Below, in pieces: positions 28,953 to 39,932 of a stretch of DNA of 64,000 nucleotides. Made by a program: the position numbers and the translations under genes. The first letter of the stretch is position 1; every line of letters starts with the position of its first letter. Under the pieces are notes generated by a model. The model had not been told where the DNA came from and did not search any database. It was given only the letters and a program-made list of their open reading frames with translations. This stretch comes from Minisyncoccota bacterium (lineage in GTDB: Bacteria; Patescibacteriota; Minisyncoccia; Phycocordibacterales; UBA2100): assembly GCA_035708165.1 (NCBI GenBank), contig DASSSZ010000001.1:230884-294883 (forward strand). The letters run 5' to 3'.

Positions 28953-31043
28953 TTAGATATCGAGCGTCGCTTCCTTCGCGTGCGACTGGATGAACGACTT
29001 GCGCGACGACACGTCCGTACCCATCAGGATATCGAAGATCTTGTCCGCGTCGCGGGCGTCCTCCACGGTGACCTGCTTCAGTACGCGGCGCGCCGGGTCC
29101 ATCGTCGTCTCCCAGAGCTCTTCGGCATTCATCTCGCCGAGGCCCTTGTAGCGCTGGACGGAGAATTTCTTCGGCTTCCCCTTCCCCTTCGCGGCACTTT
29201 CCTCGGCTTCCTCTTCAGTCTCCTCGCCCTCAGGTGCCTCGCTCTCTTCCTCGATCGGCGTTTCTTCGCCCGCGATCGCGATCTTCTGCTCGTCCGTGAA
29301 GGCGTAGTAGATCTCCTTCCCTGCCTTGATCTTATAGAGCGGCGGCTGGGCGATGTAGACGTACCCGCCGTCGATGATCGGGCGGAAATGGCGATAGAAG
29401 AGGGTCAGCAGAAGCGTGCGGATGTGCGCCCCGTCAACGTCGGCATCGGTCGCGATGATGAGCTTATGGTAGCGCAGCTTCTCGATATCGAACGTGTCGC
29501 CGATCGCCGCGCCGAGCGCCACGACGAGGTTGCGGATCTGCTCGGAGTCCAGCATGCGGTCGAGGCGGGCGCGCTCGACATTGAGGATCTTGCCGCGTAA
29601 GGGCAGGATGGCCTGCGTACGGCGATCGCGGCCCATCTTGGCCGTGCCGCCTGCCGAGTCGCCCTCCACGATGAAGAGCTCGGCCTCTTCCGCATTCTTG
29701 ACCTGGCAGTCGGCAAGCTTGCCCGGGAGCGTCATGCCCTCCAAGGCGCCCTTGCGCAGGATCGAATCCTTCGCGGCCTTCGCGGCCTTGCGCGCCTTCA
29801 TGGCCATCGTCGCCTTGTGCATGATGGCCTTCGCGTCGTCCGGGTTCTCCTCGAGGAACGTACTGAAGGCGTCGGCGAAGACCGTGTCTACCGCGCCGCG
29901 CGCCTCGACCGAGCCGAGCTTCGCCTTGGTCTGGCCCTCGAACTGGATCTCCGGGAGCTTCACCGAGATGACGGCCGTGAGGCCTTCGAGGACGTCATCG
30001 CCGCTGAATGCTTCCACGTCCTTGCCGTTGTTCGCCTTCTTGAGATAGGTGTTGAGCGTGCGCGTGAGCGCGGTCTTGAAGCCGGTGATGTGCGTGCCGC
30101 CTTCCGGCGTATGGATATTGTTCGCGAACGCTTCGACGCGCGTACCGAAGTCGTCCACGTACTGCAGCGCGATCTCCACCTGCACGGCGTCGAGCTCGCG
30201 GTCCACGTAGAAGACGCTCTTGTGGAGCTTCTCGAGATGGCGGTTCTCGAACTTCACGAGCGAGCGAAGTCCGCCCTCGAAATAGAAGCTCATGGACGGG
30301 CACTCGAGCGTGCTGCCCTGCTTTTCGAAGAGCTCGCGGAGATAGAAGACGTCCGTATCATCCACGTCCTGCAGCTCGCGCATGTCGTAGATAGCGATGC
30401 GCATGTCCGGGACGAGGTATGCCTGCTGGCGCAGGTGGTTCACGATCGTGTCCCAATTGAACGTCGTATCCGGGAAGATGGAACCGTCCGGGATGAAGGT
30501 GGTGATCGTGCCGCGCAGGTCCGAGGCGCCGGTCTTCTTCACCTTGGCGACTGCCTTGCCGCCATCCTTGTACTCCTGGACGAAGCGGCCGCCATCGCGG
30601 TGTACCTCGACGCGGCAGTAGGTGGAGAGCGCGTTCACCACGGAAGCGCCTACGCCGTGCAGGCCGCCTGAGACCTTGTAGCCCTCGCCGCCGAACTTGC
30701 CGCCGGCATGGAGCGTCGTCATGATCGTCTCGAGCACCGAGACCTTGGTCTTCGGATGCACGTCGACCGGCATGCCGCGGCCGTTATCCGCGACGCGCAC
30801 GCCTCCTCCTGGCAGGAGCGCGACTTCGATGTCGTTCGCGTGCCCGTTCATGGCCTCGTCGCGCGAGTTGTCGAAGATCTCCCAGATCAGGTGATGGAGG
30901 CCGTCGGTGCCAGTCGTGCCGATGTACATGCCCGGACGGCGGCGCACCGCTTCGAGCCCCTCGAGGACGCTGATATCCTTCGCGGTATACGAGGACGCGG
31001 CCGCTTTTGCGGCCGTTTTCTTGGCGGTCTCCTTTGCTGCCAT
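28953..31043 (-). CDS. gyrB: DNA gyrase subunit B
   Basis: LEGLEAVRRRPGMYIG, GGLHGVGASVV, VEGDSAGG, PLRGK, TDADVDG, QRYKGLGEM. Confidence 0.97.
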   Translation of the reverse strand: MAAKETAKKTAAKAAASSYTAKDISVLEGLEAVRRRPGMYIGTTGTDGLHHLIWEIFDNSRDEAMNGHANDIEVALLPGGGVRVADNGRGMPVDVHPKTKVSVLETIMTTLHAGGKFGGEGYKVSGGLHGVGASVVNALSTYCRVEVHRDGGRFVQEYKDGGKAVAKVKKTGASDLRGTITTFIPDGSIFPDTTFNWDTIVNHLRQQAYLVPDMRIAIYDMRELQDVDDTDVFYLRELFEKQGSTLECPSMSFYFEGGLRSLVKFENRHLEKLHKSVFYVDRELDAVQVEIALQYVDDFGTRVEAFANNIHTPEGGTHITGFKTALTRTLNTYLKKANNGKDVEAFSGDDVLEGLTAVISVKLPEIQFEGQTKAKLGSVEARGAVDTVFADAFSTFLEENPDDAKAIMHKATMAMKARKAAKAAKDSILRKGALEGMTLPGKLADCQVKNAEEAELFIVEGDSAGGTAKMGRDRRTQAILPLRGKILNVERARLDRMLDSEQIRNLVVALGAAIGDTFDIEKLRYHKLIIATDADVDGAHIRTLLLTLFYRHFRPIIDGGYVYIAQPPLYKIKAGKEIYYAFTDEQKIAIAGEETPIEEESEAPEGEETEEEAEESAAKGKGKPKKFSVQRYKGLGEMNAEELWETTMDPARRVLKQVTVEDARDADKIFDILMGTDVSSRKSFIQSHAKEATLDI

Positions 31044-31175
31044 ATGGCTCTAGTATACCAGAAATCAGGCACCGTTTCAGCACATCTTCAAGCCCGATTC
31101 ACCATGAGCGGCAGTTGAACGCTTCACGTTTCCGTGCTTCTATACGCAGCAGATTCCACGCACAAGGAGGTGAAG

Positions 31176-31799
31176 GTGGAACAGAAGGCCTATGCGGCAC
31201 TCACTGCGTCAGCGGCACTCGTGCCGTTTCCCGATCGGTATCGGGCCTTGATCGGCATGGAGCCGATCGCACCCGAAGCCTGGGAGACACACAAGCGCGC
31301 CCAGCTGGCGAAATACGGCGGTACGCTGCTCGGGCGGATGCTCTGGCAGATGCATATCCGGGATCAGGACACCTATGCCGTCCTGCTGCGCCTGCTCACC
31401 TATGGCGTGGCTGTCCTTGCGGCGGTGATGATCACCAGCGCCCTGATGCCCTTCACGATCGCCGGAGTGACTCCGGCACTCGTGACGCTTACGACCGGAC
31501 TGTTCCTCGTCTGGGCCGTATCCGCCATCATCCGCTACTGCGGGTTCGTGCGGTGGCCTGCGCAGTGGCGGGAGGTTGCGCTCGATCGCGCGATCCCGCC
31601 GCCATATGACGTGTACGAGCTGATCGCACGCATCGCGCAGCTCATGCCCGATGTCCGGTTCACCGTCCACGAGCTCTGGCAGGAAGAGATCGTCGACCCG
31701 GCGCTCGAAGTGCATGACGACGCGACCGGCGAATCCCTCATCGCAGCGATCTGGGATGCGCCGGTGCGGATGGCACACTGGGGCGCCCCGCAGCCCTGA
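31176..31799 (+). CDS. Hypothetical membrane protein (two TM helices)
   Basis: AAGGAGG before GTG; two hydrophobic segments. Confidence 0.65.
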   Translation: MEQKAYAALTASAALVPFPDRYRALIGMEPIAPEAWETHKRAQLAKYGGTLLGRMLWQMHIRDQDTYAVLLRLLTYGVAVLAAVMITSALMPFTIAGVTPALVTLTTGLFLVWAVSAIIRYCGFVRWPAQWREVALDRAIPPPYDVYELIARIAQLMPDVRFTVHELWQEEIVDPALEVHDDATGESLIAAIWDAPVRMAHWGAPQP

Positions 31800-31846
31800 A
31801 CCATTGCCGGCAGGCCATAACGGCCTGCCGGCAATCTCTTTGCATG

Positions 31847-32365
31847 CTACGCCGCGCGCGCGATGAAGATCGCGAGCTTCCGGAACCGGCGCGCGAATTC
31901 CTTCGTGCTCATCACGAGGTCCTTCCCCTCACGTTCGGATCGCTTCGCCGGATCGTTATACCGCCAGCCTTCTCGCCCGAAGCCGGTCAGCGTGACGAGG
32001 TGCGTATCCTCGGTGCTTGTCGTAAGGGAGACGATCGGCACGATACCGCGCTTCAGCGCATGCCGCAGCGCAGAGAGCGCGAATGGCATCGCGAACGGCC
32101 TCGCGAGACCGTTCCATTTGTACTCGCGCCGCCATGCCCGCGCGCCGTGCCGGAGCGCGAGTTCGGCGAGCCCGGCATGCTGCCATCCCCTGCCCGCGCG
32201 GTAGGCGCCAGCAGCGACGCCTTCGTCGATGAGCGCCGGCACGGGAGCGTCCGCTCCCGCATATGCGAGCGCCATCGAGAGCGCCGCCACGCCGCACGCG
32301 CGCGAATGCCACTCTTCCGGGATATCGCCGGCCTGCTGTGAGAAGAACGGGACAGGGAGCTGCAT
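31847..32365 (-). CDS. C39-like papain-fold cysteine peptidase (no signal peptide)
   Basis: VPFFSQ..ACGVAALSMAL (Gln, Cys), THLVTLTG (His), YNDP (Asp). Confidence 0.85.
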   Translation of the reverse strand: MQLPVPFFSQQAGDIPEEWHSRACGVAALSMALAYAGADAPVPALIDEGVAAGAYRAGRGWQHAGLAELALRHGARAWRREYKWNGLARPFAMPFALSALRHALKRGIVPIVSLTTSTEDTHLVTLTGFGREGWRYNDPAKRSEREGKDLVMSTKEFARRFRKLAIFIARAA

Positions 32366-32370
32366 ACGTA

Positions 32371-34726
32371 TCAGCGCGTCTCGAACCCCGCTTCCCTCAT
32401 GGCGGCGTAGAGGCGGTCCATGAGCGGATCCATATCCTGATCGGAGAGCGTGCGCTCTTGCGACTGGAAGACGAGATGGAACGCGAAGCTGGTCCGGCCG
32501 TCTTTCGAGAACTGATCGAACAGCTCGAGGCGCACCAGGAGGTCGCCTGCCGTCTCCCGGATCATCGTCTCGAGCGCATCAGCGCTCGTGCCTCCCGGCG
32601 TCCACGCCGCGATATCCCGCAGCACGAAGGGATACGGCGAGAACGGCTTGTAGAGCGCTCCCGGCGCGATGCGCGCGCCGCGGACGTATGCCTCGGGTAC
32701 GGCGAGCTCTGGGATGATCATCGAGAGGTTCCATTCGAGCGTCTCCTCGCCTGCTGCTGCGGGCGCAGCCTCGGTCCCGAGCGCGGCAGAAACGACGGCG
32801 CGCGCCTGCTCGAGCGCCTCGCGCGTCTGCTGCGCACGCTTCTTCCCCGCCGGGAAGCGCACCGCGATCCCGAGGCGGAGCTCTTCAGCTTCGCTCGGGA
32901 AGACGTTGCCGATCTCGAAAAGCCGCACCGCATCGAGTCCCAAGAGCGGCAGGTTCCCTTCGTTGAGCGGGAGCGACGCTGCGAGCCCGGACGCGAGATC
33001 CTCGCGCAGGTGGCTCTTATCGCTCGCGAGCGCGTTGGCGAGCGCGGTCGCGCCCGTCTCGCGCAGGGAGTACGTATAGGTCTCGATGAATCCTGCCTCG
33101 CCAAGGGCGGCGCGCAGCTTCTCGGCGTACGCGAAGCGCGGATTGATGAGCGGGGCCGCCGGCGCGGCGGGCAGCATCTGCTCCGCGATATTCGCATAGC
33201 CGAAGACGCGGCCGAGCTCCTCGATGAGGTCGGTGCTCGTGCGGAGATCCAGCCGCTCGATAGGCGCAGTCACGATGAAGCGCGGCACGGGTGATGCGAG
33301 CGGGCGGCGGTAGGCCACGATGCGCTGGAACATCGGGCTCGACGCCATGGGCTCGATCGTCACATGCCCCGGATTTCGCGATGCGTGGATGACCATTCCT
33401 TCGCCGAGGTACATGCCGACGTGGTCCACGCCGGACGGTACGGGCGTCCCTGGAAGGTACTGCACCGTCTCGGTGCGGATGCGGCCTTCGCCCGTGTTCT
33501 CGAAGACGAGGTCGCCCGGCGCGAGGCCGTCCGCCTCGATTGGCGTCGTCGCCGCGTACTGGTCGATCGAGATCGAGGGCAGCGCGAGGCCCGCGCCATG
33601 CACGTAGACGTAGTTGGTGAAGGACGAGCAGCTGAACGCGCGCGGCGCATCGAAGCGCATCGCGCTGTCCTCCGCGTACGCGGCGCCCTCAAGCGAGCGG
33701 GCGAGCGCGATCACGCGCGCGAGCGGGTCGTCTGCCTTCTCGTACGCGAAGCCGAGCCTGCCGAGCAGGGCCGCGAGCGCCGCATCATCGAGCGCGGTGC
33801 CGAGGCGCCGGTTCGCTTCCTGTGCCGAGACGCCGAGCACGAACGGCGCCGGCTGCGGAGCATCCGCATGCGCGAAGCCCGCGAGCTCGCCGCCCGCGAT
33901 CTTCGCGATGAGCGCGACGACGGCGTCGAGCCCGTAGCGCGGCAGCATGTCCGCGATGCCGTGCTCGAAGCGGGTCGAAGCATCGGTGCGCAGCTTGAGC
34001 GCCTGAGAGGTGCGGCGCGTGCGCGCGGGGTCGAAGGAAGCCGCTTCGAGCACGATGCGCGTCGTCGCCTCCGTCACCTCCGCGCGCGTGCCGCCCTTGA
34101 TGCCCGCGATCGCGAGCGCGGCATCCGCATGCGCGTCCGCAATGACCGTCATCTCGCTCGTGAGCGCGTACTCGGCTCCGCCGAGCGCCGTGACCGTCTC
34201 GCCGTCCCTCGCCGCGCGCACGCGGATGCCGATCGTGCCGCCGCTCGCGGAAAGCTTGTCCGCATCGAACGCGTGCAAGGGCGTGCCGAGTGAGAGCATG
34301 ACGTAGTTCGTCGCGTCAACGACATTATTGATAGAGCGCTGGCCGAGGCGCGCGAGGCGCGCCGCAAGCCACGCGGGCGAAGGGCCGACCGAGACCCCTT
34401 CGAGCAGCGCCGCCGCGTAGGAAGGGCAGCGTGCAGGGTCGTCCACCGCGACCGCGAGCCCAGGAGCCGCGGGCAGGAGCTCCGGCAGCGCATGCGAGAG
34501 CGGGTCATCCGCAAGCGGCAGCCCGAGCAGGACCGAGAGCTCCTTGGCGATGCCACGGTGGCAGAGCATGTAGCAGGCGCGGTCCGGCAGGACCTTCACG
34601 TCGATGATGCTGTCGTCATCGGCCTCCTCGATGCTTTCGATCTCCGCTACGCCGAACGTGAGCGCATCCGCGAGCGCGGCCGCATCCGGCAGCGGCTCCG
34701 CGAAGAAATCCTGCAGCCATTCCCTG

Positions 34727-34737
<11 letters not shown>
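32371..34737 (-). CDS. pheT: Phenylalanine--tRNA ligase beta subunit with an internal NlpC/P60 domain
   Basis: MKVSREWL, PDRACYMLCHRGIAKE, INNVVDATNYVML..PLHAFD, TDASTRFE, RLDL..DLIEELGRVFGY, RDIA..FD..SFAF (FDX-ACB). Confidence 0.95.
33300..33735 (-). other. NlpC/P60 (C40) peptidase domain embedded in PheT
   Basis: ARSLEGAAY..FSCSSFTNYVY..LP..SIDQY..PGDLVF..DHVGMYLGEGMVIHAS..YRRP. Confidence 0.9.
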
Positions 34738-35464
<727 letters not shown>

Positions 35465-35576
35465 GAATCGCAGTATACCGCACGGGTACCCGCCCCCCAA
35501 TGGCGCAGCGCAGCCGCGCATCCCCTTGACGCTTCATGGAAAATATAGGAAAAGTCAGCTATACTCGAGGCGTCCT

Positions 35577-36839
35577 ATGGCACTCTCGAGCATCCTCCCC
35601 TACCTCACTGACGGGCTGTTCTTCGTGTCCCTCTACTTCGAGGTGTTCATGCTGATTGCCCTTCTCCAGAAGCGTTCGCTCCGCGACCGGCATGAGCAGG
35701 AGCCGATCCTGCCCGCCGTCCTGCCATCGGTCGCTATCGTCGTGCCATGCTTCAACGAGGAGCATACCGTCGGACCCACGATCGAATCCTTGCTCGCGCT
35801 CGAGTACCCCGCGGATCTGCTCGAGGTGATCGTCGTCGATGACGGCTCGACCGACGCCACGCTGGCAGCGGCGAAACGCTACGAAGGCGAGCGCGTGCGC
35901 GTGCTCAGCAAGGAGAATGGCGGCAAGCACTCCGCGCTCAACCTCGCGCTCTCGCAGACGGACGCCGACCTCATCGGCTGCCTCGACGCGGATTCGGTCG
36001 TAGCCGCAGACGCGCTCAAGCGCACGGTCGCCGCGTTCACCGATGAGAACGTCGCGGCGGTGACGCCTGGCATCCATATCCAGAAGCCGCAGACCCTGAT
36101 CCAGCACCTGCAGGAAGCCGAGTACCGGCTCGCGATCTTCACCCGCGCGGCGTTCGCGGATATCGGCGCGACCTACATCACGCCGGGGCCGTTCTCCATC
36201 TTCCGCACGCACATCGTGCGCGAAGCCGGCGGCTGGCGCCATGCCCATGCCACCGAAGACCTCGAGCTCGGCCTCCGGCTCCAGGAACGCGGCGCGATCA
36301 TCCGCAACGAGCCATATGCCGCGGTCTACACCAAGACGCCGTCCACCGTCCGCGCACTCGTGAAGCAGCGCGTGCGCTGGACGTACGGCTTCCTGCGCAA
36401 TGCGTTCGACTACCGCCACATGATCGGGAACTGGCGCTACGGCAACCTCGGGCTCCTCGCGCTGCCGTTCGGGATCATCTCGATCGGCGTCGTGTTCTAT
36501 TTCGTCGCGCTCATCACGTACGATTGGGCGCAATCGCTCGCGAACTGGATGACGTACGTCTCGGTCACGCACACCGTCTTCGCAGCGCCATCATTCGATC
36601 CGTTCTTCATCGATACCACCGTGATGAGCTTCATCGTCTATCTCTCGACCGCGCTCGTCCTCGTCCTCCTCTTCGTGGGATCGCGCCTCTCATCGCGCCC
36701 GGAGCGGAAATTCCGCGCGCTCGGCACGTCATTGTTCCTGCTGTTCTACGGATTCCTGACGCCTATCTGGCTCGGCATCGCGGTCGCGCGCGCGAGCTTC
36801 CGGACCGGCGTCGATTGGAAGGGCGTCCGCAACCGCTAG
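35577..36839 (+). CDS. Processive GT2 glycosyltransferase (PgaC/IcaA/cellulose-synthase-like)
   Basis: DDGSTD, LDAD, TED and QRVRW motifs; C-terminal TM helices. Confidence 0.9.
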   Translation: MALSSILPYLTDGLFFVSLYFEVFMLIALLQKRSLRDRHEQEPILPAVLPSVAIVVPCFNEEHTVGPTIESLLALEYPADLLEVIVVDDGSTDATLAAAKRYEGERVRVLSKENGGKHSALNLALSQTDADLIGCLDADSVVAADALKRTVAAFTDENVAAVTPGIHIQKPQTLIQHLQEAEYRLAIFTRAAFADIGATYITPGPFSIFRTHIVREAGGWRHAHATEDLELGLRLQERGAIIRNEPYAAVYTKTPSTVRALVKQRVRWTYGFLRNAFDYRHMIGNWRYGNLGLLALPFGIISIGVVFYFVALITYDWAQSLANWMTYVSVTHTVFAAPSFDPFFIDTTVMSFIVYLSTALVLVLLFVGSRLSSRPERKFRALGTSLFLLFYGFLTPIWLGIAVARASFRTGVDWKGVRNR

Positions 36840-36872
36840 CCTTCCTGCGCATTGTGCGGTAGATTCGACTCC

Positions 36873-37574
36873 ATGCCATTGCCTGCTTCCGATCCGCACC
36901 GACGCGTCCGCTGGGGGACCTACCTCATCGCGTTCATCATAACCGCCGCGCTCTTCGGCACGGCTATCGGCGCATCCGCCTATTTCGATGCGCGCCGGGC
37001 AGACGAGGTGCGCTCGACGACGGACAGCATCTCCGTAGACATCCTCTCGCTCGAGACGCAGTTCGACCTCCTCGCGCAGAACTCCTGCAAGAACATCGCC
37101 GATAATTCCGTGCTCTCGACCGAGCTCTGGCCGCTGGGCGAGCGCCTCGCCTACCTCGAATCGCAAGGCGGCGACCAGGCGCAGATAACCGAGCTCAAGC
37201 GGTACTATTCGCTCCTCGAGATCAAGGATCTCCTGCTCGAGCAGCAGGTCGCAGATAAGTGCGACATCAAGCCGGTCGTGATCATGTACTTCTACAGCAA
37301 CGCCGGCGATTGCGCCGACTGCACGCAGCAAGGCTACGTCCTGACCTCTCTCGCGGACCGCTACCCCGACGTGCGGATCTACTCCTTCGACTACAACCTC
37401 GACCTCGGGGCGCTGCAGACCCTGATCTCGATCGACAAGATTCCCGACACGCTCCCCGCGCTCGTGATCAACGGCAAGGTCTACACGGGCTTCAAGGACA
37501 TGGACGCGATCCATGCGATCCTGCCCGGGCTCGCGGCAATGTCGAGCACGACGGCGACGAGCACGCGCAAGTAG
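36873..37574 (+). CDS. Membrane-anchored protein with C-terminal thioredoxin-like CxxC domain
   Basis: N-terminal TM; YFYS..CADC; LPALVING. Confidence 0.75.
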   Translation: MPLPASDPHRRVRWGTYLIAFIITAALFGTAIGASAYFDARRADEVRSTTDSISVDILSLETQFDLLAQNSCKNIADNSVLSTELWPLGERLAYLESQGGDQAQITELKRYYSLLEIKDLLLEQQVADKCDIKPVVIMYFYSNAGDCADCTQQGYVLTSLADRYPDVRIYSFDYNLDLGALQTLISIDKIPDTLPALVINGKVYTGFKDMDAIHAILPGLAAMSSTTATSTRK

Positions 37575-37729
37575 CGCTCGCTCGCCTTCACCTCCACGAA
37601 CTGGCTTGCTTGGAGCCGCCTCTCGGGCTTGAACCGAGTATTCGGATGACAAAACGTGAACGCTGCGCTCGCTCGCCTTCACCTCCACGAACTGGCTTGC
37701 TTGGAGCCGCCTCTCGGGCTTGAACCGAG
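37574..37729. repeat. 65-bp direct repeat (37574-37638 and 37665-37729) containing the tRNA 3' end
   Basis: Identical copies of gcgctcgctcgccttcacc..ttggagccgcctctcgggcttgaaccgag. Confidence 0.9.
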
Positions 37730-37777
37730 GACCTACGGTTTACAAAACCGTTGCTCTACCAACTGAGCTAAGGCGGC
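37702..37777 (-). tRNA. tRNA-Thr(UGU)
   Basis: GCCGCCTTAGCTCAGTTGGTAGAGCAACGGTTTTGTAAACCGTAGGTCCTCGGTTCAAGCCCGAGAGGCGGCTCCA; cloverleaf with anticodon TGT and encoded CCA. Confidence 0.97.
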
Positions 37778-37985
37778 TTCTAGGACGTTGCGACTATACC
37801 ATATTCCGAGGGAATTCGAGCGCAACGGTTTTGTGCCAAAACGTCCGGCAGTGCCCCGCACTGCCGGACCTCTACCAACTGAGCTAAGGCGGCTTCTAGG
37901 ACGTTGCGACTATACCATATTCCGAGGGAATTCGAGCGCAACGGTTTTGTGCCAAAACGTCCGGCAGTGCCCCGCACTGCCGGAC
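37754..37985. repeat. 116-bp tandem duplication (tRNA 5' end, its promoter and an upstream hairpin)
   Basis: 37754-37869 is repeated at 37870-37985. Confidence 0.9.
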
Positions 37986-38016
37986 CGCTTCCAGCTGCGC
38001 ACGGCCTGGGCGGGCG

Positions 38017-38424
38017 CTATTCGGCAACCGCGTCTGCGGGGATCACGAGCGTCTCCTTGTGCTTGCGGACCTGCTTGAGGAAATCGGACTTCGTCTCGCG
38101 ACGGGAAAACGTGCGCTTGTGCGAGACGAACTCGGCTACGCGGTGCGCCTGCCGTTCGATCCCGCGCGCGGAGCGCGCCACGAGGAATGCGCAGACGTGC
38201 ACCAGATAGAGCGCGAACGCGATCGTGAATGAGGGCAGATGCTCGACCGCGTATGCGGCCTTCTCGCCCATGCGCTCGACGACGAGCGCCTTCTCATCGA
38301 GCATGGCCCGCGTATTCGGAGCAAGCGTCCGGCCTGATACGGCCTCGACAAGCTTGAGGATGAAGAGCGCGAGGATAAGCGCGAAGGCGCCGCCGAAGAT
38401 GATCATCGATATGGGCACTTCCAT
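38017..38424 (-). CDS. Hypothetical membrane protein
   Basis: Hydrophobic N-terminus; TACACT box shortly upstream. Confidence 0.7.
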   Translation of the reverse strand: MEVPISMIIFGGAFALILALFILKLVEAVSGRTLAPNTRAMLDEKALVVERMGEKAAYAVEHLPSFTIAFALYLVHVCAFLVARSARGIERQAHRVAEFVSHKRTFSRRETKSDFLKQVRKHKETLVIPADAVAE

Positions 38425-38478
38425 AGGATAGTACGTAGTGTAGCGCGGCAGCTGCCGCAGGCAAGTGGCTGTGCGCCG

Positions 38479-39057
38479 CTAGACCGTGAAGCGCTCACAG
38501 CGCACCACAGCGATCTTCTCGCCGAACTTCTGGGTCGCCTGCTCGACCATCTGGCCGATGGTCATGGTCGGATCCTTCACGAACGGCTGGTCGAGCAGCA
38601 CTTTCTCCGCGAGATAGCTCTCGAGCTTGCCCGCGAGGATCTTCTCCTGCATCTCGGCGGGCTTGTCGGCGACCTCTGCCGCGAACACCTCGCGCGCTGC
38701 CTTCGTATCCTCCGGCGTCACATCATCCTTGCTGATGAACGAAGGCGCCATCGCTGCGGCATGCAGCGCGATCTCATACGCGAGCTTCACGAACTCCTCG
38801 TTCTTGGAGACGAAATCTGTCTCGCACGCGAGTACGACCATCGCGCCCACCTGGTTGCCCGCGTGGATGTACGCCTGCACGGCGCCGGCGCCGAGCTCGC
38901 GATCGGACTTCTTCGCAGCTGTCGTCGCGCTGATCTTGCGCAGCACGACCTTCGCCTTCTCGATATCGCCGCCCGCTTCCTCGAGCGCCTTCTTGCACTG
39001 CATGATAGAGACGCCGGTCTCGTCGCGAAGCTGCTTGATCTCGTCGATGGTAGCCAT
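38479..39057 (-). CDS. tsf: Elongation factor Ts (short form)
   Basis: IKQLRDETGVSIMQCKKAL, CETDFV, LLDQPFVKD. Confidence 0.97.
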   Translation of the reverse strand: MATIDEIKQLRDETGVSIMQCKKALEEAGGDIEKAKVVLRKISATTAAKKSDRELGAGAVQAYIHAGNQVGAMVVLACETDFVSKNEEFVKLAYEIALHAAAMAPSFISKDDVTPEDTKAAREVFAAEVADKPAEMQEKILAGKLESYLAEKVLLDQPFVKDPTMTIGQMVEQATQKFGEKIAVVRCERFTV

Positions 39058-39108
39058 AACGTATGGGAAAAGGAGCTAGCGCCCCGAAGCGGGGCCTGAT
39101 AGATGCGC

Positions 39109-39846
39109 TTACGCCTGCGGCGCTGCCGCCGGGGCCTCCGGCGCAGCCGTCGCCTGACGGAAGCTGTCGCGGTATGCGTTCGCGAACGCGTCCACGAAGT
39201 ACTGGACCGACTTCACGGCGCTGTCATTCGCCGGGATCGGGTACTGGAGCATGTTGAAATCGCAGTCGGTATTCGCGAGCGCGATCACCGGGATCCCGAG
39301 CTGGTTCGCCTCGCGGACCGCCTTGTCCTCGAAGCGCGGATCGACGACGAAGAGCGCCGCCGGGAGCTTCTCCATGCTCGTCAGGCCGCCGAAGCGGCTC
39401 TCGAGCTCCTCGATCTCGCGATCCTGCATCATGCGCTCGCGCTTGGTGTACTTCTTCTCGCGCTCGCCGGTCTCGCGGGCGCGGGTGAGCTCGAGCAGGC
39501 GCGCGATGCGGCCGCGGACCTCGGAGAAGTTCGTGAGCGTGCCGCCGATCCAGCGGCTCGCGACGAACGGCAGGTTCGTCTTGCCGGCTGCGGCCTTCAC
39601 GAGCGCTGCCGCCTCGGGCTTGCCGCCGACGATGAGGATCTGCTTCCCCTCGCCGGCGAGCTTCTCGACGAACGCGATCGCGCGCTCGAGATCGGCTGCT
39701 GTCTGCTCGAGATCGAAGATATCGTTGCGATCCTTGGTACCGAAAATGCGCTTCGCCGCGCTCGGGTGGCGGCGGCTGCGCGTATAGCCGAAGTGCGCCC
39801 CTACGGAGAAGAGCGCGTCGAGATCCTTCTGCTGCGTCGTAGCCAT
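39109..39846 (-). CDS. rpsB: 30S ribosomal protein S2
   Basis: GAHFG, RWIGGTLTNF, AVREA..IPVIALANT, PIPAND. Confidence 0.97.
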   Translation of the reverse strand: MATTQQKDLDALFSVGAHFGYTRSRRHPSAAKRIFGTKDRNDIFDLEQTAADLERAIAFVEKLAGEGKQILIVGGKPEAAALVKAAAGKTNLPFVASRWIGGTLTNFSEVRGRIARLLELTRARETGEREKKYTKRERMMQDREIEELESRFGGLTSMEKLPAALFVVDPRFEDKAVREANQLGIPVIALANTDCDFNMLQYPIPANDSAVKSVQYFVDAFANAYRDSFRQATAAPEAPAAAPQA

Positions 39847-39932
39847 TGTCGTGATTGAAAAATGCGAGACTCGGGAAACCGAGCCAGCGAGGGGATTCTA
39901 GCAGATACCCTGCCTGCGCGCAATGCGGCACC

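Noticed and set aside
33300-33735. Intein or intron in pheT
   Set aside because: No C/S..HN splice termini or homing-endonuclease motifs; the insert carries NlpC/P60 motifs and keeps the frame.
37574-37729. Prophage or island attL/attR pair
   Set aside because: Only 26 bp separate the copies and no integrase is nearby; kept only as a possible scar or artefact.
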